This document shows positions 1 to 9,913 of a stretch of 64,000 nucleotides of DNA, piece by piece (position 1 is the stretch's first letter; each line of letters begins with the position of its first letter). Position numbers and translations under genes: made by a program. This DNA comes from Zygnema circumcarinatum SAG 698-1b (taxonomy: Eukaryota; Plantae; Zygnematophyceae): contig CM074812.1 of assembly GCA_037447605.1 (NCBI GenBank), forward strand, positions 2,666,001-2,730,000, written 5' to 3'. The notes under the pieces were generated by a model. That model did no database searches. It worked only from the letters and a program-made list of their open reading frames with translations, and was not told where the DNA came from.

Positions 1-344
1 AAAATCTAGACAAAAGGTTCCTGCAAATGCCTGTTTTCTAAGGAGCTGGAAGAAAGAAGGGAGCGTGGCACCTGGCCGGCCCCTCGCTTCATTTTGTTCA
101 TCGACAAAATCCCTTTGAGCCGTCGGAACGTTTCCGGGTCGAGAGATGATTCCGTCGCCGCTTCAGCTTTCTTCAGCCACTGGTGCTCTGCAAAGTGACG
201 TCAGCCCTGGGCCGAGGGCGTCAGCAAACCTGCAAGTGGCTAGACACACTTGCAAAGAGCAAGCGAGACACAAGAAAGGAAAGTGTCGCAACTCCCATCA
301 ATTGCCGCAAACAAAGTGCAAGAAAGTGGACACTCTTGAACCCT

Positions 345-520
345 GATAACCCTAAAAACCCTACAATCCCAGCAAACCCTACAAACCCAACAAACCCAAC
401 AAACCCAACAAACCCTACAAACCTACAAACCATAAAATACCTAATGGCCCTAAGACCCTAAAAGTGCCTACAAACCATACAGACCGTAAAAACCCTATAA
501 ACCCTAAAAACCCTAAGCCA
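345..520. repeat. Degenerate telomere-like (AACCCTA/AAACCC) repeat inside a CDPK intron
   Basis: aaccctacaaacccaacaaacccaac...aaccctaaaaaccctaag. Confidence 0.75.
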
Positions 521-1611
521 TTTTGATGGCTATGGAACCGTCATTCTTCGATCAGAGTTGCAGAACCACGTTTTGTTGAAGGGCAGATTCCCAAAACTTG
601 ATTCCCTTCACCAGCAACAACAGTGGCTTGTCTATACCGCGGCAAAAAAAAAAAAGGCTTAAAAGAGAATTTCTTCTAAGCAAATTAGTAAGCGGTTCAA
701 GTGAAGTCCCGAGCACCCATGTCATTGCTAATATATGCGTTATGATAATCAATTGGACCAAAGAAAAAGAAAAAAAACTCACTCAATGCCTGTTCGGCTG
801 TGATCCTCTCTTGCGGATTTCGACTAAGCAGACTTCTTGTCAGATTTTTGCCTTCTTCTGATACATTTGACCATGCATTCGAATCCATTTTGATTGAGTC
901 TTTGAGTCTATTTCGGAATATACGGTCAGTACCTGCCGACATCAACCGGTTGGCCCTTAAAAGTGTCAATTAGACTCCAATAGGGTTGAGAATCAAGATG
1001 GAAGGCTTCAACAACAAGGCATCATTTCTTGCTTTGCCCGAACTTGTGTCGCAATGCCAAAATCAAAAAATGCAATAGCATTTCCTGTTGTTCAAAACAA
1101 GCGTCCAATGACTTCATGAAGCACAAGGGCATATGCTGAAAAAAAAAAAAAAGAATTGGTATGCGCTATGACGATAAGTTCTCCCTGACACAATACCCTT
1201 TCACTTTTCAAATCCCTTCTGACTTCGGTGAATACTTTCCCTCAACCGATGCTTGAATGAAATGACTTATTGCATATCTCCAGCAGCCAAAACCAAACTT
1301 AGCATCAAAGAAGAAACAAGAAATGGTGAGGGCCAAGAAGGTGGGTTAAATTTTCTTTTTCTCATCAGTTACTACTCAAGAAAAGAAATTAGAGAAGGCC
1401 AGTGGCACCTATGCATCACCCTATTGATTGATTTAAATGCAAAAGCGGGAAACTCGAAGCTTGCTTGCTCTAAAGGGGACCTCTCCGGAGAGTAGAATGT
1501 GAAGACAAACGCCGCAGCTCCAAATGTCAACGTCAGAGTTGTATTCTCCATCGAAGACCTGCAACACGTGAGCACGGCATTCATGAATGGAGCCATGAAG
1601 ATGACACAGAC

Positions 1612-1645
<34 letters not shown>

Positions 1646-2350
1646 AGAGGGAATGCATCTGCAGAGCCAAAACATAGCCATCCAGGCTTCACCGTCCGCA
1701 GATAACGCTGATGAACTCATGCAAAACTAGTCCGAAAAAACCTTTCATAACAGCTTCAAAGATGTCAAGGGCCAGTCAGTAACCTCTGGTGCCGTGTATG
1801 TGAGAGAACCAAACTTCTCCTTGAATTTCTCATCTGCGAACCACAACTCATCACACAAGCCAAGTCAAGTCAAGTCAAGTCAAGTCCATTTGCAACATAA
1901 GTACACAATATGCCTTCAGAACGCCCAAAGCAGCATGCAAAGTACAAAAATGGCAAACACGTCCTTCAGCGTTAAATTGTGCATGCACTTTAGAGAAAGA
2001 GAGCGAGAGAGAGCGAGTCTGTGTGAGAGTGGGAGAGGCTCATAGACGAACATACTCGTTTCGAGTCTGGTTTGAAATAGTTGATTTGCCTACCATGTCA
2101 AGAGATGCACTGTTGGTAATTCAGCAATTGAAAATATGCAGCGGCAGAGCTGGTCACTCACCACGTCCTACGATCACGGCGTCACTGAAGTCGACAAGCT
2201 TTACGACAGCGTTTTGTCCCTTGTTGCTTTACTGAAAGTTCTCCAACTTAATGGTCCTGCGAAACGGCCCCCCTTCCACCTCACGTGCAAACATGAGCCT
2301 AGAGAATGGGCCTCCTCCGAGCTTGTGACAGCTCCAAGAACTGGGATAAA

Positions 2351-2530
2351 GGTTAAGGGTTTAGGGTTTAGGGTTTGGGGTTTAGGGTGTAGGGTTTAGG
2401 GTTCAGGGTTTAGGGTTGAGGGTTTAGGGTTCAGGGTTTTCGGGATAGGGTTCAGGGTTTTCGGGATAGGGTTTAGGATTTAGTGTGGGTTTAGGGTTTA
2501 GGGTTTAGAGTTTAGAGTTTAGGAGGGTTA
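2351..2530. repeat. Interstitial telomere-like (TTTAGGG/TTCAGGG)n tract inside a CDPK intron
   Basis: gggtttagggtttagggtttggggtttagggtgtagggtttagggttcaggg... Confidence 0.9.
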
Positions 2531-4389
2531 GAATGTTCGGGTTGCAGGGCCGTTCAGCCTGAACGACTGCTTCAAGGCAGTGCGGCAAAAGCCTGCCTGT
2601 GCTGTTACTATAATATAGAGACTGCGCTTTCAATTTTTTTTCCTTTCTGTCGGCAATCGGGAACTCTTTCTCAAGAAGGAGAGATGGCTTGTGCCCATTT
2701 CCCAGAAAAGTTGCATATCAATGGCAAAACGAACGTTTAGCAGTCACACAACTTAGGCGACCATGCATGAGGGGAGAAAGGGGAAGGAGGGGAGGGGAGA
2801 AGAGGGGAGGAAGGGGAGGATGGGAGGGGCAAGGCGGGAGGGAGGGAGGGAAGCGAGGGAGGGAGGGGAGGGACGGAGTGAGGGGAGAGGAGGGTAGGGA
2901 GGGGAGGGGAGGGGAGGGGATAGGGGGGAGGGAGGGGGAGGATGGGAGGGGCAAGACGGGAGGGAGAGAGGGAAGGGAGGGAGGGAGGGAGGGGAGGGAG
3001 AGAGTGAGGGAAGAGGAGGGGAGGAGGAAGAGGGAGGGAATGGGGGGAGGGGTGGGAGTGAGGGGAGAGGAGGGGGGGATGGGAGGGAGGGAGGGAAGGG
3101 GGCGAGGGGAGGCAGAGGGGCCTCGATACCTTTTCAAATTCGATAATCTACGTGGCATTCGCTCACCTGAGCATTATTCCCCGCGAATGACAGGTGTCCA
3201 CAATTTCCAGGATAGACCGAAATATAGAGGCAGCTTGTTTTTCCGTATGTACCCCCTTCTTAACAATCAAGTCCAGAAGCCCATCTCCGGAACACCATTC
3301 CAGAATGAGATGCACGTCATGTCTGTCTTCATACGTTTCCAGGAGGTGCACGCAATTTGCTTGGTCTGAACAGCAAACAATCTCCGCAATCACTGAAATT
3401 GTTTTCGACCACGCACTGCCCTCCACAAGATTGATTGGATCTTCTGATAAAGAACTGCCTTTATGCCTTCCATTCAACACCATACCATACCATACCATAC
3501 CAAGATCATTACTAAAAGGAAGGACACATATAACGAACACATGTGATCGTTGAACAGGGGGAAATCTCTCGAGCTCCTCACTTTTAACGCAATACATTAT
3601 GGCGATTTCTGTGACCACCGCCTCCACGTCTTTCTTCACAACCAGCTTCTCCTTTGAAACGCGCTTGCAAAGCACTGGCTCCTTACTCCTTAGGTTCGTC
3701 GCGCTGTACATAGTTCCAAACCTGCAAGTTCCAATCTTGCGGTCGACCCGATAGTCCTCGCGCACGTCCTTGTAATCCTGATTCAAAATTTTTTCGACCA
3801 TACCCCATCGTCCTTCTTTCTTCCTCCCTCTGCTTTCTTCTGCAGGTTCTGAAAATTCTGAAGGTTCTGAAACCTCCTCCACCTCCTGCCTCTCCTTCCT
3901 CCATGAATCACTGTGTTCGCAGCAGGGTTTCAGCACCGGCAGAAGCCATCCTTTAAGAAAGGCGAACATGGAGTTGCCTTTCGTTTTCCCGGAATCCAAT
4001 TTTGTCTCTCTCTTCTTTATCGATTTCCCTCTTATCTCTCTCTCCTCTCTCTTCACTCCCTCCTTTATCTCCTCTCTTCCCCTTCTCTCCCCCTCTTCTC
4101 TCTCCTCTCTCCCCTCCCTCTCCTCTCTTCCTCTTCTCTCTCCTCTCTCTCGACTCGTTCTCCTATCTCCCTCTTCTCTCTCCTCTCCCTCCTCTCTCCC
4201 TATTTTCTCACCTCCTCGCCTTTCTCCCTCTTCTCTCTCTTCTGTCCTCCCTCCCCACCCTCTCCTCTCTCCCTCGTCTCTCTGCTCTTTATCCTCTCCC
4301 ACTTATCCAACCTTCTCGACTCTCTCCCCCTCCTCTCTCCCTCTTCTCTCTCCTCTCCCTCCTCTCCCCACTTTCTTATCTAATCTCCT

Positions 4390-5660
4390 CTCCCTCTCCT
4401 CTCTCCCTCGCGCTTTCTGCTGTCCAACGTCCGTATCGTACGATTCAGATTCGGTTCATTTTTCGAAAGAAATGTATGGACAAGTACGGCGTGGAAAAAA
4501 ATGGAAAATGATACAGCGGCCCCACTTTTTGGATATCGGCGCCCCCTTTTGGGAAAAAATGTACTTCTTTTTTTTGGCTAATTATCCCCCCCCCTTGGAA
4601 CTTTCGGGAGGAGAGATCTTGTAGACAATCGGACCCCGCGCCTCGCTCGCAGGATCCGACCGTGCACCGACGTACGGCGCCGCGCATCGCGGCGCGGCCC
4701 GCGAGATGCGGCGAGCCTACGGAAACGTTGTCCTCACCTGACCCTTTTGGGTCAGAGGTTGCCACGTGGCAGTCTTCCATTGCACAGCCCTGCTGCCGGT
4801 CCCCCATTCCGATACAGTGGACCCCCATAATATTTTCCACCTTGTACAGTGCGTTCCCAAGAAATTCGCCCCGATTTTGCCGAAACCACCTTTTTGTACG
4901 GTAACTCAATGTTAACGTATTAGGGGTGTTAACCTAACCTGACCTATTCTCCAATACAAAATCTGTTAATCGAAACGGATTTCAAACATGGGTCACGCTT
5001 TTACGCGTACGGTATGTACGAATAAAATCTCTAAGTCGTACGGTATACGTACGGTACCAATAGGAGCTCGTGTATCTAAATCACGGTACGATACGATACG
5101 ATACGATACGTACGAACAGACATGAACTCTAACATAATACCGCTCGCCTATTAGTAACACGGACCTTATATTTGCAAATTACAATATTTTCGCCCAGTAT
5201 TTGCCGAAACCATGGCGAAAATATTATGGGGGTCCACTGTATCGGCATGGGGGACCGGCAGCAGGGCTGTGCAATGGAAGACTGCCACGTGGCAACCTCT
5301 GACCCAAAAGGGTCAGGTGAGGACAACGTTTCCGTAGGCTCGCCGCATCTCGCGGGCCGCGCCGCGATGCGCGGCGCCGTACGTCGGTGCACGGTCGGAT
5401 CCTGCGAGCGAGGCGCGGGGTCCGATTGTCTACAAGATCTCTCCTCCCGAAAGTTCCAAGGGGGGGGGATAATTAGCCAAAAAAAAGAAGTACATTTTTT
5501 CCCAAAAGGGGGCGCCGATATCCAAAAAGTGGGGCCGCTGTATCATTTTCCATTTTTTTCCACGCCGTACTTGTCCATACATTTCTTTCGAAAAATGAAC
5601 CGAATCTGAATCGTACGATACGGACGTTGGACAGCAGAAAGCGCGAGGGAGAGAGGAGAG
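4390..5660. repeat. Inverted-repeat block that mirrors 5671-6830 across a 10-N gap; probably a mis-assembled second walk through the same foldback element
   Basis: 5671-6420 is the reverse complement of about 4910-5660, and 4390-4810 is the reverse complement of about 5240-5660. Outer-arm variants match the 5780 arm (ggaactttc) while inner-arm variants match the 6520 arm (ccccattccg), so the block is chimeric. Confidence 0.7.
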
Positions 5661-5779
5661 NNNNNNNNNNCTCTCCTCTCTCCCTCGCGCTTTCTGCTGT
5701 CCAACGTCCGTATCGTACGATTCAGATTCGGTTCATTTTTCGAAAGAAATGTATGGACAAGTACGGCGTGGAAAAAAAT

Positions 5780-6826
5780 GGAAAATGATACAGCGGCCCC
5801 ACTTTTTGGATATCGGCGCCCCCTTTTGGGAAAAAATGTACTTCTTTTTTTTGGCTAATTATCCCCCCCCCTTGGAACTTTCGGGAGGAGAGATCTTGTA
5901 GACAATCGGACCCCGCGCCTCGCTCGCAGGATCCGACCGTGCACCGACGTACGGCGCCGCGCATCGCGGCGCGGCCCGCGAGATGCGGCGAGCCTACGGA
6001 AACGTTGTCCTCACCTGACCCTTTTGGGTCAGAGGTTGCCACGTGGCAGTCTTCCATTGCACAGCCCTGCTGCCGGTCCCCCATGCCGATACAGTGGACC
6101 CCCATAATATTTTCGCCATGGTTTCGGCAAATACTGGGCGAAAATATTGTAATTTGCAAATATAAGGTCCGTGTTACTAATAGGCGAGCGGTATTATGTT
6201 AGAGTTCATGTCTGTTCGTACGTATCGTATCGTATCGTATCGTACCGTGATTTAGATACACGAGCTCCTATTGGTACCGTACGTATACCGTACGACTTAG
6301 AGATTTTATTCGTACATACCGTACGCGTAAAAGCGTGACCCATGTTTGAAATCCGTTTCGATTAACAGATTTTGTATTGGAGAATAGGTCAGGTTAGGTT
6401 AACACCCCTAATACGTTAACATTGAGTTACCGTACAAAAAGGTGGTTTCGGCAAAATCGGGGCGAATTTCTTGGGAACGCACTGTACAAGGTGGAAAATA
6501 TTATGGGGGTCCACTGTATCGGAATGGGGGACCGGCAGCAGGGCTGTGCAATGGAAGACTGCCACGTGGCAACCTCTGACCCAAAAGGGTCAGGTGAGGA
6601 CAACGTTTCCGTAGGCTCGCCGCATCTCGCGGGCCGCGCCGCGATGCGCGGCGCCGTACGTCGGTGCACGGTCGGATCCTGCGCGCGAGGCGCGGGGTCC
6701 GATTGTCTACAAGATCTCTCCTCCCGAAAGATCCAAGGGGGGGGATGATTAGCCAAAAAAAAAAGTACAATTTTTCCCAAAAGGGGGCGTCGATATCCAA
6801 AAAGTGGGGCCGCTGTATCATTTTCC
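5780..6826. mobile_element. Foldback / long-TIR non-autonomous element (about 310-bp arms starting GGAAAATGATACAGCGGCCCCACTTTTTGGATATC) with a MITE at its centre
   Basis: Arms 5780-6091 and 6517-6826 are reverse complements with a few mismatches. The 7-mer AAAAAAT flanks both ends. The terminus resembles the GGAGAATGAT.. termini at 7447, 15022, 28235 and 63122. Confidence 0.7.
6092..6516. mobile_element. Tc1/mariner-type MITE (425 bp); inverted copy at 4815-5239
   Basis: TA|CAGTGGACCCCCATAATATTTTC ... GAAAATATTATGGGGGTCCACTG|TA. Internal sequence is shared with the 26702 and 54215 elements (gcggtattatgttagagttcatg; ttaccgtacaaaaaggtggtttcggcaaaatcggggcgaa). Confidence 0.75.
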
Positions 6827-7446
6827 AAAAAATTAAAGGATCTCCGTACTCGTTCGTACGGACGTAAGCTAGAAACTACGAGGTCTGATCTCCAGAGAGG
6901 CCAAGATCAACCGAGAGCCCGCGGCCGAGTTCAAATTGTGTCAATCATGCAAATCGATTTGAGACCGTCGGCTGGAATCCACGTGAGATCTGAGCCGTTG
7001 AATCTTATCCAACCGGTGAGTAAGTGCAGTGGGTCTGCCGTCAGGTGGATCTAAGATTCCACTTTGGTCGGTGAGAATCCACCTACCATCTGCCCGACCA
7101 ATCGCAGCTATTCATTTGTGCAAGTCTTGGAACACCAATTATAGAATCAGTACAAAACTAGAAACAACCTCTCCCAATCGAGATACCGATTACGATTTTT
7201 TTTATGGATGGTTGCGACAATACCAGTGGAAGATCCGTGTCAGAATGCGACATATGGCGGACACGTGGCTGCAGACTTCAGAATATACGACAAAAAATCA
7301 TCATTACAGAGAGTACGCAGAATTCAAAAGTCCACTTCCCAGCCGGGCAGATTTTAAAAGGGATGAAAACGGAAAAAGCTATTTTCACTCCTTTTTGGAA
7401 TCGATACAGACCTTTTCCGTTGGGCAGATTTTATTTTTGCAAACAA

Positions 7447-7921
7447 GGAAAATGATACCCCGTCCTGATTTTTTATTTTTGATAGAGAAAAACAGTCGGC
7501 CTGCCTGAATTCGCTCGCAGAGGAAGATCCGTCCGAATACGAGATCGTTCGTGGGTGTGCGACCTTCACACCTGCGATAAATCTCCGCCGTCGATTCCCT
7601 CGGATTCAGATCGCTCCACGGCAGATCACCGTTCGATCTGCAGCCGTGCTCAGTCCCAGCGAATGGCACGCGCCCACGTGTCACACCCAAGCCGGCTCGC
7701 ACATGCGAGTGCGTTCGTCCCTCAGTACGAGATCTCCGCAAAAATACGAGCCAGACAGTGGCGGCTCGCCAAAATTCTAATCTACTAGCCAATCACCATC
7801 TGCCACGTGTTATTTTGTATAACGTGGGAAATTTCGATTGGCTCAGGATCCATGTACGGTATTTCACCAATCCTCGAAGCTGTAACCGTACGATTTGTGT
7901 ACAGGCCCACTTTGAGCGCTA
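7447..7921 (+). mobile_element. Left part of a GGAGAATGAT-family foldback MITE, interrupted by the MULE at 7931
   Basis: Starts ggaaaatgataccccgtcc. Internal blocks match 28330-28470 (cccagcgaatggcacgcgcccacgtg) and the reverse complement of 28600-28640 (cctcgaagctgt.accgtacgatttgtgtac). Confidence 0.6.
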
Positions 7922-7930
7922 TTTTGTTAG

Positions 7931-9726
7931 GGGTAACTCTACTGCACCCCCGCGTTTTGTCTTTCGCACCCCCCCGTTTGAAAATTTTACCTGCCCGTTT
8001 TGGTTACCCCTCCAGTTTTGTATATTTCGGGATTTTTTTTTTTTCCCGCCCCTCCCGTCCCCTCCGACCCCCCTCCCTGCCCTCTCCTCCCTCCCCTCCC
8101 CTCCCCTCCTCCCCTCCCCCTCCGTTCCCCTTCCTCCCCTCCGTCTCTCACCTGCCCTCCTCCTCCCTCCCTCCCCTTCCTCCCCTCCCCTTCCCCCTCT
8201 CCCTCCCCTCCTCTCTCCGCTCCCTTCCCCTCCCCGCTCCTTCCCTCCGTTTCTTCCCTGGGCCCTTCTCCTCCCCTTCCTTCCCCCTTCCCTTCCTTCC
8301 CCCTTCCCCTCCCCTTCCCTCCCTCCCTCCCCTCCGCTCCCTTCCCCTCCGCTCCTCTTCCCCTCCGCTCTCTCCCTCCCCTGTCTGTCCTTCTTGCCTT
8401 CTTTCCTGCCTGTCCTCCCTCCCTCCTTCCTCTCTTCCCTTCCTTCCTCCCTTCCTCCCTCCTCCTCCCCTCCCCTCCCCTCCCTCCCCTCCCCTCCCCT
8501 CCCTCCCTCCCCCTCCCCTCCCCTCCCCTTCCTCCCTCCCTCCCCTCCCCTCCTCCCCCTCCGCTTCCTTCCCCTCCTCTGCTCCCTTCCTCTTCTTGTC
8601 CCCTCCCCTGCCCTCTCCCTCCCTCTCCCCTCCCCTTCCTCCCCTCCCCTCCCCTTCCCCTCCCTCCTCCCTCCCTCTCCGCTCCCTTCCCCTCCGTTTC
8701 CTTCTGTTCCCCTCCCTGCCCTGCTTCCTCGGCCCTCCCTTCCCGCCCGCTTCCTCCCCCTCCCCCTCCCCTCCCTCCCTCCCCTCCCCTTCCCCTTCCC
8801 CTCCCTTCCCCCTTCCCCCTCCCCTCCCTCTCCTCCCTTCCCCTCTGTCCTCCCTCTCACTCCCCCTCCCGGCCTTCCCTGCCCTCCCCTCGGCCCTCCC
8901 TTCCCGCCCGCTCCCTCCCTCCCTCCCCTCCCCTCCCTCCCCCTCCCTTCCCTTCCCCTCCGCCCTTCCTCCCTCCCTCCCTCCCCTTCCCCTCCGCTCC
9001 CTCACTCCCTCCCCTGCCCGTCCTCCTCGGCCCTCCCTTCCCGCCCGCTCCTCCCTCCCTTTTCCTTTTGCCCTTCCTTCTTTTTTCCCAACATTCCACC
9101 CCCTCGTTTTCCCTTCACTACCGACTTCCAACAATGTGCGATAAAGGAAAGGGGGTTTGCATTGGTCTCAATATTGTGAGGCCATCAAATAAACATGGAC
9201 AAAGTCAACATGGTGGAATCACAAGAAACTGGTCAGCTAACCAGCACAACAAAAAAACCACTGAAACTAAGCTTAAGCGCAAAAACGCAGCTTTAAACGC
9301 AGCTGCAAAAGTCACCAATATTGGGCAACTATTACTCTTTGTTTTTAGGTTAGGATCATAGACCCCCTAATTAAGGCAAGATCTTAAGTTGTGGCCTGTT
9401 TGCGTGCAATTGGAACATTTTTTCCCTTCAGCGTACTCGATATGGCTCTTGTCCCGGCTGATTGCCAAACTGCAAGGGGGGAGGGGAGGGGAGGGGAGCG
9501 GGCGGGAGGGGAGGGCCGGGGAGGACAGGGCAGGGGAGGGGAGCGGAGGGGAGGGGAGGGGAGGGAAGGAGAGGGCAGGGGAGGGAGTGAGCGGAGGGGA
9601 CGGGAGGGGCGGGAAAAGAATTTTTCCCGAAATATTCAAAACTGGAGGGGTAACCAAAACGGGCAGGCAAAATTTTCAAACGGGGGGGTGCGAAAGACAA
9701 AACGCGGGGGTGCAGTAGAGTTACTC
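7931..9726. mobile_element. Non-autonomous Mutator-like element (MULE) with 9-bp TSD and a residual transposase C-terminal zinc knuckle
   Basis: Direct repeat TTTTGTTAG at 7922-7930 and 9727-9735. TIRs of at least 135 bp (GGGTAACTCTACTGCACCCCCGCG.. / ..CGCGGGGGTGCAGTAGAGTTACTC). Minus strand 9367-9470 encodes SRDKSHIEYAEGKKCSNCTQTGHNLRSC (CX2CX3GHX4C). The rest is CT/GA low complexity. Confidence 0.85.
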
Positions 9727-9913
9727 TTTTGTTAGAGTCCGGCCTGCGGCCGTACTGATTCTCTCTGTAGGCGGATTATGTCCAAGCCATGACGAAGGTA
9801 GGCGCTCTCCTATTAAGCAGGCCCCTCCCCTCCCCTCCCCGCCCTCGCCCTCTCTCGCCCCTGGCCGGTTCCGCGTCCTCTCCCCTCCTGTCGCCAGCGG
9901 GCGCTTGGCCGCG

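Larger units (their letters stand above)
72..3969 (-). pseudogene. Calcium-dependent protein kinase (CDPK/CPK)-like gene, catalytically degenerate with one in-frame TAA; 3' part (EF-hands expected) lies beyond the window start
   Basis: Exons 3969-3582, 3365-3167, 2256-2162, 1833-1784, 1558-1465, 932-783, 187-72 join in consistent phase. Translation follows CDPK order: KILNQDYKDVREDY..GTCRFG..CKRVSKEKL..EIAIM / HLLETYED..VHLILEWCSGD / RTIKLENFQ*SNK..KLVDFS / GSLTYTAPE / DVDIWSCGVCLHILLSGEVPF / AWSNVSEEGKNL..RITAEQAL / HQWL..LDPETFRRLKGILSMNKMKR (junction/autoinhibitory segment). TAA at 2231-2229. The intron after 1465 needs a GC donor. Confidence 0.8.

Noticed and set aside
2229-2231. Stop-codon reassignment (TAA = Gln, as in some ulvophyte algae) to explain the in-frame TAA
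   Set aside because: TAA terminates both RLK genes at the same position, and no other in-frame TAA or TAG occurs in the several thousand modelled codons.
4445-6828. Repeated 145-154-aa ORFs (MGVHCIGMGDRQQG...) as a gene family
   Set aside because: They arise from the GC-rich inverted-repeat arms and are open on both strands, with no domain motifs.
4390-6830. A genuine 2.4-kb double palindrome
   Set aside because: The symmetry centre is exactly a 10-N gap and the first block is a chimera of left- and right-arm variants, which is typical of mis-assembly of a single foldback element.
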